Positions 1-6,269 of a stretch of 24,000 bases of DNA are shown here, one piece after another; position 1 is the stretch's first letter; each line of letters opens with the position of its first letter. The stretch spans positions 9,099-33,098 of the forward strand of contig PWVE01000210.1 of the NCBI GenBank assembly GCA_003562335.1, given 5' to 3'. The notes beneath the pieces are model-generated. The model worked only from the letters and a program-made list of their open reading frames with translations. It did no database searches and was not told the origin of the DNA. Source of the stretch: PVC group bacterium (GTDB lineage Bacteria; Verrucomicrobiota; Kiritimatiellia; SLAD01). A program made the position numbers and the translations under genes.

Positions 1-165
1 ACGAAACAGGTTCGGGATTGTGAACGCGACCACAAAGGCCGACATCGCCAGCGAAGTGCCAAAGAAGGCCGCCATCAGAATATCGCGCACCAATCCCAGC
101 ACGCGGCTCAGCATGGTACAGCTACCCACGATACCGGCGGACCGTATGACTTGTTGATTTTCCAT
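1..165 (-). CDS. murJ: Lipid II flippase MurJ/MviN, first 55 codons only (gene runs off the window start)
   Basis: Minus-strand translation from ATG at 165-163 gives MENQQVIRSAGIVGSCTMLSRVLGLVRDILMAAFFGTSLAMSAFVVAFTIPNLFR. This is the characteristic MurJ N-terminus (SR.LG..RD...A..FG.....AF..AF.IPN.FR). It is absent from the ORF track because it is edge-truncated. Confidence 0.8.
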   Translation of the reverse strand, partial: MENQQVIRSAGIVGSCTMLSRVLGLVRDILMAAFFGTSLAMSAFVVAFTIPNLFR

Positions 166-224
166 AGATGCGTTGTGTTTCTGCCCGCGAAACAACGGGC
201 ACATTTCGGCTGAACGGTGCCCCT

Positions 225-430
225 TCAATTGGTTGTGTCTGTTTCACCCGCCTGACGTAAAATTTCGATCTTCAGGCTCTTGGATAATCGATAGTTCACC
301 GCCGCCAGTGCATTTAGGCAGGGACCTACAGAGGGAATAAGCTGTCATTCTTTAGCCCTTAGCAATACGGCGCCGGTCCCGAAAACAGATACAGTTTCGC
401 TACGTGCCACCATGCGTCCGCGACTTTCAT
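225..430 (-). pseudogene. Remnant of a PIN-like (DUF3368-type) toxin gene downstream of the antitoxin
   Basis: ATG at 430-428 overlaps the antitoxin stop (ATGA). It opens only 23 codons (MKVADAWWHVAKLYLFSGPAPYC, stop 361-359). A second frame (344-225) reads QLIPSVGPCLNALAAVNYRLSKSLKIEILRQAGETDTTN*. That resembles, from memory, the C-terminal end of DUF3368 PIN-like toxins that partner UPF0175 antitoxins. About 205 nt remain against roughly 450-500 nt expected. Family assignment is tentative. Confidence 0.3.
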
Positions 431-762
431 CGATTAGGAGGGGCAAGGTCCGTGGATATTTCCTCCGCAGGATAGTCCACCGCATCTCCCCCCGAGGCGG
501 CCAAAACGTTGAGAAACTGCTCGATTGGCAAATCGGCCAGCTTGGCCGATTCCGCCAGAGTCAGCAGTTTTTGCGCATAAAGGCTCGCCGCAAGGTGCCG
601 ATGCAGCCCGATCTCTAAAAGCCGCGAATCAAAGGGAACGGCCAACACGGCGGGACGTCCATGTTTCGTGATCAGGGAAAGCCCTCCCCGTTTAGCTTGA
701 TTCAGGAGTCCGCCCGAACGATTGCGAAGATCCCGTGCCGAAAATACGCCCATTTTTTTCAT
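427..762 (-). CDS. Type II antitoxin, fusion of a Phd/YefM-like N-domain and a UPF0175-like C-domain
   Basis: N-terminal part MKKMGVFSARDLRNRSGGLLNQAKRGGLSLITKHGRPAVLAVPFD matches the Phd/YefM pattern (..ItkhGkpvaVlvp.d). C-terminal part LAASLYAQKLLTLAESAKLADLPIEQFLNVLAASG matches the UPF0175 pattern. Start is placed at ATG 762 because AAGGTGG lies 5 nt upstream; the track's GTG at 771 is an alternative. Confidence 0.75.
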   Translation of the reverse strand: MKKMGVFSARDLRNRSGGLLNQAKRGGLSLITKHGRPAVLAVPFDSRLLEIGLHRHLAASLYAQKLLTLAESAKLADLPIEQFLNVLAASGGDAVDYPAEEISTDLAPPNR

Positions 763-783
763 AATGCCCACCTTGTTATATGC

Positions 784-1068
784 CTACAAACCGTCGCATA
801 AGTGAACGGGGTTGTCAACAACCCAGCGTTCCTCGTCGCCCACGCCCTGCTTCACGGATGGGAAATAGCCTCCACTGACCGCGAGATCGCCCAATATCCA
901 GTCCGCATTGTATAAATCCAACCTTGCCTGTCCCGTCAGGCATGAATGGGTAAGGACACCGTCATTCCGACCGGAGTCCCGATCACGCCGCCAGGCGCGT
1001 ATCGGGACGGGGTGGAGGAATCTCATGTTCACGTCAACCCTCCCCACACTTTCATTGTCATAAGTCAT
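784..1068 (-). CDS. Hypothetical protein, first gene of the antitoxin operon, no recognisable family
   Basis: Open frame with GC-rich third codon positions, same strand as the antitoxin and ending 21 nt upstream of it. Start is uncertain: the first ATG is at 1068, and a GTG at 1032 has GGGAGGG 6 nt upstream. The track start at 1128 is a TTG. I could not identify any motif. Confidence 0.35.
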   Translation of the reverse strand: MTYDNESVGRVDVNMRFLHPVPIRAWRRDRDSGRNDGVLTHSCLTGQARLDLYNADWILGDLAVSGGYFPSVKQGVGDEERWVVDNPVHLCDGL

Positions 1069-1301
1069 TGATGCTCTAGAGGAACCTGTGGTCCGACCCG
1101 GGCCTAAATGACATGTTGGAGGTGCCAATTTGTCACCTCCAATTCTGAACGGATGGGATTACGTTCTCCTCCCACGGCTGTCACCGAACAGGGTGTTTCC
1201 ATTTTCGGGTTCTTTCCTTTTGTTTTGCCCTGTTCAACTGGTCCATGCCATAGTGCGCGGCACTACGTCTGAGTTGGCGGGTAGACAGAAGAGGTGCTCG
1301 T

Positions 1302-1310
1302 GGGGGGGGG
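1302..1310. repeat. Homopolymeric G9 tract 48 nt upstream of the res start codon
   Basis: Direct count in ...gaggtgctcgtGGGGGGGGGcgcacgggg.... It lies in the divergent intergenic region between the hypothetical ORF and res. Confidence 0.9.
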
Positions 1311-1358
1311 CGCACGGGGAAGGCGATAAGACACGGACGATAGGGATAACGGAATACG

Positions 1359-4061
1359 ATGGAACTGAAACTTGAGGATCTTGCGTACCAGCGGGCGGCG
1401 ATCGACGCCGTGGTTCGGTTGTTCGAGGGCCAGCCCCGTAATACGTTCGACATGGCCTGTCATGAAGGTGTGCGGAGCAATGTGCTAACGATCCGTACCG
1501 ATCAGATACGCACAAACCTCCTCGGCGTGCTCGAGGGCGCAGGTATCGACGAGGAAACCGCCTGTCTTGACGATGCCCTCGATTTTTGCGTGGAAATGGA
1601 GACCGGGACCGGCAAGACGCTGGTCTACCTCAAGACCATCTACGAGCTGTACCGGCAGTATGAATTCACAAAGTTCATCATCCTGGTTCCCTCGGTCGCA
1701 ATCAAGGAGGGTGTGCTCGCGACCTTTGAAGTGTTCAAGCGCCAGCTCGCGGCTGTCTATCGCTTCACGCCCGCGTGCTTCGAGTACGACAGCAAGCGGC
1801 TCAACCGGGTGACTTCCTTTGTCGAAGAACAGCATCCGCAGATTATGGTGATGACGGTGCAATCCTTCAACACGGAGGATCGCATCCTGAACCAGGCCCA
1901 GCGCGAAGACCTATTCTTCAACATGCCGTTTATTGAGGCCATAGCCCGGACGCGCCCGGTCATCCTGATGGACGAGCCACAAGAGGGGATGGATACCGAA
2001 AATGCCGTTGCCCGCATCAACGCGCTCAATCCGCTCTGTAAAATCCGCTATTCGGCAACGCACAAGGTGATGCGGAATCTACTGTACCGGTTGACGCCGT
2101 TCGACAGCTACCAACAGGGGCTCGTGAAAAAGATCGAAGTGCTTACCGTGGCAGAACAGAACGAAGAGGCGACGCTGCGCGTCGAGCTGGTCGAGGTAAG
2201 GACCTACCAGGATGGGAAGCCGCCACGTGCGAAGCTTCGTCTCTGGTACGCCAAAAGCGATGGAAGTTTCACTCTTCGGGAAACGCCCTTCCTGAAGGTG
2301 GGCGATGATTTGGAAGCAATAACAGGCAATGTCGGCTACCGGGGTTACGTGATACGTCGCATCTTCAAACCGTTGCGCGAGAAAGCCTACCGGTGCGAAT
2401 TTGAAAATGGCGCGGTTGTCGTGGAGAAGGAAAAGTCCGCCGACCTCACCGGCATCTTCGGCGAACAGCTTTACTGGCTCATCGACAGTCATTTCGACAA
2501 GCGCGAAAAACTCGCGCCAAATGGAATCAAGTGCTTATCGCTTATTTTCATCGACCGCGTGGATAACTACGTCCAGCCCGACGGTATCATTCGCCGTCTG
2601 TTCGTGGAAAAATACCGGCAGGTTTGCAAGGAACGACTGGGTCACGAGCCATCTGAAGACGAAGTTTCAGCGGTACAAGGGTACTATTTTGCCCAGACAG
2701 GGAAAGGCGAGTACACCGACAACGAACGTTCCATGCGTGGGAATAAAGAGCTATTCGACCTGATCTTGAAGCGAAAGGAAGAACTGCTGCGCATGGGAAA
2801 CCCGGTTGAATTTATCTTTTCACACTCCGCGCTGGGTGTTGGCTGGGACAATCCGAACGTCTTTAATATCGCCACGCTGAATCAAAGCTATAGCGAGATC
2901 AAGAAGCGGCAGGAGATCGGACGCGGACTGCGAATCTGTGTAAACCAGGACGGGCAGCGCGTGTATGACGCGGAAGATTGCGTCGAGGGCGAGGAGGTCA
3001 ATCTGCTGACCGTCGTCCCGAACGAGACCTACCAAACGTTTGTGGCCCAGTACCAGAGTGAGATCAAGGAAGTCTACGGCACAAGCGCATCCGGTGCGAA
3101 GACCCGCCACAAAATGAAGGGCAAACATCCCCGTAAGCGACGCGTCAAGCGAAACGATGACATCTACGGCAGCGATTCTTTCCGGGAATTCTGGCGCAGA
3201 CTCAGTCAGCGCACCGATTATACCGTTGTGATTGATGAAGACGCGGTCGTTACGCGCGCCGTCGAAGCACTCAACGCCTTGAAGATCGAACACTATACCG
3301 CCGAAATCGCCTTGAATCGCGTACAGCGACTCGAAGCCGAGGGGGTCACGACAGCGCACAAGGGCAGCGAGCGGCGGCGCTTGCAGGCTGCGTTTGGCAC
3401 CATGGACCTCATCGAAGAAATCAGCGAGGGCACCTCGCTCGCGTACCCCACCGTGCTGCGGATTCTGCGCGAATTCACAAACCGGGCGGCCATCACCGCA
3501 AACCCGGCCCGCTTTATCCACGAGGCGTCATCCCGCATCCGGGAAATAGAACTCGACGAACTCCTGCGCGGAGTGTGTTACGCGCCCTCGGGCGACACAT
3601 TCGACATTTCCCTCCTCGAACCCAGTATCGTGACGTTTGCCGACACGATCGAGACGCCAAATCGTGGTCTTTACGACCGGGTGATTTGGGAAAGTGCTTT
3701 CGAGCGTGATTTTGCCGGCTTCGCGGATAACGACGACGAAGTGGTCTGCTTCCTCAAACTGCCCGCGTTCTACCAGATTCCAACGCCCAACGGCCCTTAC
3801 AACCCCGATTTCGGCGTCGTCTTCCGCCGCAAACGCCTGAAGGATGACCACGAAGCCGAGTTCTATTTCGTCGTCGAAACCAAGGGCACCAACGAGTTGG
3901 CCGACAAGAAGGCGTTGCGCGAAAGCGAAGTGTACAAGATCAGGTGCGCCATGAAGCATTTCGATGCCCTGGGCGTGGACGCGCACATCCACTACGACGC
4001 ACCGGTGAAGGAATATCCCGTTTTCAAGGCGCGTGCCAAGGAGGTGCTGCATGGCGAATGA
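1359..4061 (+). CDS. res: Type III restriction-modification system, restriction subunit Res (SF2 helicase plus C-terminal PD-(D/E)xK nuclease), apparently intact
   Basis: 900 aa. Helicase motif I is METGTGKT, motif II is MDEPQ, motif III is YSATH, motif VI is QEIGRGLR. The C-terminal nuclease motif is NPDFGVVF...FYFVVETKG. The N-terminus MELKLEDLAYQRAAIDAVVRLFEGQ is typical of the COG3587-type Res family. Confidence 0.9.
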   Translation: MELKLEDLAYQRAAIDAVVRLFEGQPRNTFDMACHEGVRSNVLTIRTDQIRTNLLGVLEGAGIDEETACLDDALDFCVEMETGTGKTLVYLKTIYELYRQYEFTKFIILVPSVAIKEGVLATFEVFKRQLAAVYRFTPACFEYDSKRLNRVTSFVEEQHPQIMVMTVQSFNTEDRILNQAQREDLFFNMPFIEAIARTRPVILMDEPQEGMDTENAVARINALNPLCKIRYSATHKVMRNLLYRLTPFDSYQQGLVKKIEVLTVAEQNEEATLRVELVEVRTYQDGKPPRAKLRLWYAKSDGSFTLRETPFLKVGDDLEAITGNVGYRGYVIRRIFKPLREKAYRCEFENGAVVVEKEKSADLTGIFGEQLYWLIDSHFDKREKLAPNGIKCLSLIFIDRVDNYVQPDGIIRRLFVEKYRQVCKERLGHEPSEDEVSAVQGYYFAQTGKGEYTDNERSMRGNKELFDLILKRKEELLRMGNPVEFIFSHSALGVGWDNPNVFNIATLNQSYSEIKKRQEIGRGLRICVNQDGQRVYDAEDCVEGEEVNLLTVVPNETYQTFVAQYQSEIKEVYGTSASGAKTRHKMKGKHPRKRRVKRNDDIYGSDSFREFWRRLSQRTDYTVVIDEDAVVTRAVEALNALKIEHYTAEIALNRVQRLEAEGVTTAHKGSERRRLQAAFGTMDLIEEISEGTSLAYPTVLRILREFTNRAAITANPARFIHEASSRIREIELDELLRGVCYAPSGDTFDISLLEPSIVTFADTIETPNRGLYDRVIWESAFERDFAGFADNDDEVVCFLKLPAFYQIPTPNGPYNPDFGVVFRRKRLKDDHEAEFYFVVETKGTNELADKKALRESEVYKIRCAMKHFDALGVDAHIHYDAPVKEYPVFKARAKEVLHGE

Positions 4062-4602
4062 CCTGATACCGGCGGAACGGATCGAAGGCATGATTTTGCA
4101 GATGCGAGGCCACAAAGTCATGATAGATTTGGATCTGGCAGCGCTGTATGGCGTCGAGACGAAAGCGTTAAAGCGGGCAGTGAAACGCAACATTACGCGA
4201 TTCCCTGCTGACTTTATGTTCGTCCTTGATAATAAAGAACTTACGAACTTGAGGTGCCAAATTGGCACCTCAAGTTCGTGGGGCGGACTGCGCTATCCAC
4301 CGATGGCCTTCACCGAGCAGGGCGTTGCTATGCTGTCAAGCGTGCTGAATAGTGAGCGGGCGATAGCGGTCAATATTGCCATTATGCGCACCTTTGCGCG
4401 GTTGCGGCATATTCTGGCATCACACACCGAACTTGCCCGTAAACTGGACGATCTAGAGAAAAAGTACGACAAACAGTTCAGGGTGGTCTTCGATGCGCTC
4501 CGGGAGCTAATGACCTCTCCCGAACCGCCACGCAAGCAGATCGGCTTTGGCGTCCGCGAGCGGCGGGCACGCTATCAGACCAAGAGGAAGCAAACGTCAT
4601 GA
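4051..4602 (+). CDS. ORF6N-domain (KilA-N-related DNA-binding) protein embedded between res and mod
   Basis: Contains ERIEGMILQMRGHKVMIDLDLAALYGVETKALKRAVKRNITRFPADFMF and YPPMAFTEQGVAMLSSVLNSERAIAVNIAIMRTF, the hallmark ORF6N signature. ATG 4051 is preceded by AAGGAGGTG and overlaps the res stop (4059-4061). Its stop overlaps the mod ATG (ATGA at 4599-4602). Confidence 0.85.
   Translation: MANDLIPAERIEGMILQMRGHKVMIDLDLAALYGVETKALKRAVKRNITRFPADFMFVLDNKELTNLRCQIGTSSSWGGLRYPPMAFTEQGVAMLSSVLNSERAIAVNIAIMRTFARLRHILASHTELARKLDDLEKKYDKQFRVVFDALRELMTSPEPPRKQIGFGVRERRARYQTKRKQTS
4243..4279. repeat. Perfect 37-bp palindrome (18-bp arms, 1-nt centre) inside the ORF6N coding sequence
   Basis: ACGAACTTGAGGTGCCAA-A-TTGGCACCTCAAGTTCGT, checked base by base. 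It encodes TNLRCQIGTSSS. Confidence 0.95.
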
Positions 4603-5705
4603 CCAAGAGCATTCAAGACAAGATGCCAACCACGCCCGATCTGAACCGGGAGCGCCTCGATCAGCTCAAGGCCCTCATGCCCGACCTGTTCACCAACGAC
4701 GGGGGACTCGACCCCGACGAACTCAAACGCTTGGTCGATCCCGAGTCCGTCGCGGAATCCGAACGGTTTGAGTTCCGCTGGTTTGGCAAGGCCAACGCCA
4801 AACGCAACGCCTTTACGCCGACCATGGCCTCCCTCGAATACGACGCCGCCCGCTCGGTTAATTCCGAACTCGCCAACGGCAACGCCATTATTGAAGGCGA
4901 GAACCTGGAAGTCCTCAAATGCCTGCTCGCCGCCTACCGCAACCGAATCAAGTGCATCTATATCGATCCTCCGTATAACAAGGACAAAGACTTTGTTTAT
5001 TCCGACACCTGGAAAGACAATAAAGAGACGTACTGGGAACATATCGGTGTTACCTCCGATGGTATGAAGATCGATACAAACACCAAAGCTGCCGGCCGTT
5101 TCCATTCCAACTGGTTGAATATGATCTATCCCCGCCTGTTGATGGCAAGGCAGTTGCTAAGCCCCGAAGGAGCCATATTTATTTCGATTGACGACAATGA
5201 AGTACATCACATGCGCCGAGTATGCGATGAGGTATTCGGGGAGGAGTGTCGCATGGTGCAATTTGTCTGGCGGACAGATGGTAACTTTGACAATCAGGCA
5301 AAGGTGAAAGAGTGCCATGAATACATCCTGATGTATGTCAAGAACCCTGATAGTTTCCCGCACCCACCAGTTATTGATCCCAGTATCCCTGATAAGAGCA
5401 AGCTGTTCTTGCCAGAGATCCGGAATACGATCGTCAAGAATGGCCCAAAGAACCCGCCAAGCGACATTAGCCTGCCTGATGGCTTTCCATGTGACTTTGA
5501 GTCAGGAGAAATACCGGCACGTAACGACAAATGGCCGCACTACGCGGAGCCCGTGATTGTTACGAAAGGAAAGGTGTCTGGTGGTGCTGTCGCACACAGT
5601 GGCTGGAGTTCACGAGACTTAATTGATGCCTTCATAGAGGGTGGATCCGGTGAGGACTGGCACTCTTTAGAGCCTTTTCTTTGCAAAGGCTCGTCCCGAT
5701 GGTGA
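4599..5705 (+). pseudogene. mod: Type III R-M modification subunit Mod (beta-class N6-adenine DNA methyltransferase), 3'-truncated
   Basis: The N-terminal half is typical of Mod: RFEFRWFGK, NAIIEGENLEVLKCLL, motif IV IYIDPPYN, HSNWLNMIYPRLLMARQLLSPEGAIFISIDDNE. The frame ends after 368 aa with no clear C-terminal AdoMet motif (FxGxG) or downstream motifs. The last ~13 codons (5667-5705) are simply antisense to the 3' end of the GIY-YIG gene. Confidence 0.75.
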
Positions 5706-5918
5706 TTTGAGATAGTGTTCGAAGGCCCGTGCTTGGTCCTGATCGGTGAAGGCGAGGGCGGTCTTGATGTGCCAGGGGCGGTACTTGGCGGTGTGCGGAT
5801 CGCCGCCGGAGTTGTGATGGGTCAGGCGGGAATCTAGATTCCGGGTGAATCCTGTATAGAAATGAGGGGGATTGAATTCGGAACGGAGAATGTAGACGTA
5901 GTAGAAGGTAGTTTTCAT
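5667..5918 (-). CDS. Small GIY-YIG nuclease family protein (URI-domain only, 83 aa)
   Basis: FYYVYILRSEFNPPHFYTGFTRNLDSRLTHHNSG...HTAKYRPW...F.DQDQARAFEHYLKSPSGRAFAKKRL. This carries the GIY/YIG motifs, the R..EHN-like motif and the conserved C-terminal E..lKs.sgr.f.kk tail of the stand-alone GIY-YIG family. Confidence 0.85.
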   Translation of the reverse strand: MKTTFYYVYILRSEFNPPHFYTGFTRNLDSRLTHHNSGGDPHTAKYRPWHIKTALAFTDQDQARAFEHYLKSPSGRAFAKKRL

Positions 5919-6031
5919 GCTTGCTTGCCCGCCTACGCCTGCTCGCTGTGCTCGCTGGCTTCGGTACGGTATTTTTCGCGAGCCAAAGACATTCCCACCC
6001 GCCTACGTTTCTCCGAAAATTCGGCGCGGCA

Positions 6032-6091
6032 GCCTTCGCTCGCGGCTGGCCTGCCGAGCCGTAGCTCGCCGCGTGAGCGGCGAGCGAAGGC
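6032..6091 (-). other. 12-bp perfect inverted repeat abutting the 3' end of tRNA-Pro, with a mutually exclusive inner 8-bp hairpin
   Basis: GCCTTCGCTCGC (6032-6043) pairs perfectly with GCGAGCGAAGGC (6080-6091); the latter ends 1 nt before the tRNA CCA complement. An inner hairpin CTCGCCGC-gtga-GCGGCGAG (6065-6084) overlaps the outer arm. On the minus strand a TTTT follows 15 nt after the structure. Function is unknown (processing site, terminator or repeat element). Confidence 0.6.
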
Positions 6092-6168
6092 TGGTCGGGG
6101 CGACTGGATTTGAACCAGCGACTTCTACGTCCCGAACGTAGCGCTCTACCAGGCTGAGCCACGCCCCG
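6092..6168 (-). tRNA. tRNA-Pro (anticodon CGG), CCA encoded
   Basis: Minus strand folds by hand into a full cloverleaf: CGGGGCG TG GCTC AGCCTGGTA GAGC G CTACG TTCGGGA CGTAG AAGTC GCTGG TTCAAAT CCAGT CGCCCCG A CCA. Length is 77 nt and the anticodon loop is TT-CGG-GA. Confidence 0.9.
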
Positions 6169-6269
6169 CAACCTAAGATGACGACATCATACGCGCTGCG
6201 CGCCACAACGCAAGTGGTAATTTTCGTTCCTGTCTTGCCCGCTCCCAACCATCGTGACAAACTGCGGCC

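Noticed and set aside
784-1068. Weak resemblance of ...ILGDLAVSGGYFPSVKQGVGDEERWVVDNP... to the Uma2/DUF820 endonuclease C-terminal pattern (PDLAVEV...GV.EYWIVDP).
   Set aside because: The spacing is too short, the catalytic E/K positions are missing, and the protein is less than half the family length. It cannot be supported without an HMM search, so the ORF is left as hypothetical.
5829-5842. 14-bp perfect palindrome GGAATCTAGATTCC inside the GIY-YIG gene, and the 8-bp-stem hairpin GAGCCTTT-tctttgc-AAAGGCTC (5670-5692) at its 3' end.
   Set aside because: A 14-bp palindrome is expected about once by chance in 24 kb. The 3' hairpin lacks a following U-run, so it is not a convincing terminator.
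166-6168. Classical tRNA-integrated genomic island with att sites.
   Set aside because: I found no integrase or recombinase gene. I also found no direct repeat of the tRNA-Pro 3' end (e.g. GGATTTGAACC / TCGGGGCGAC) near the left boundary (166-430) or at 1129-1358. Only the weaker statement 'accessory patch adjacent to a tRNA' is supported.
5632-6171. 179-aa minus-strand ORF spanning the tRNA-Pro gene, the GC-rich spacer and the GIY-YIG gene in another frame.
   Set aside because: It reads straight through a well-folded tRNA and through repeat sequence. The composition (RRS/AAA/PRA runs) is non-protein-like.
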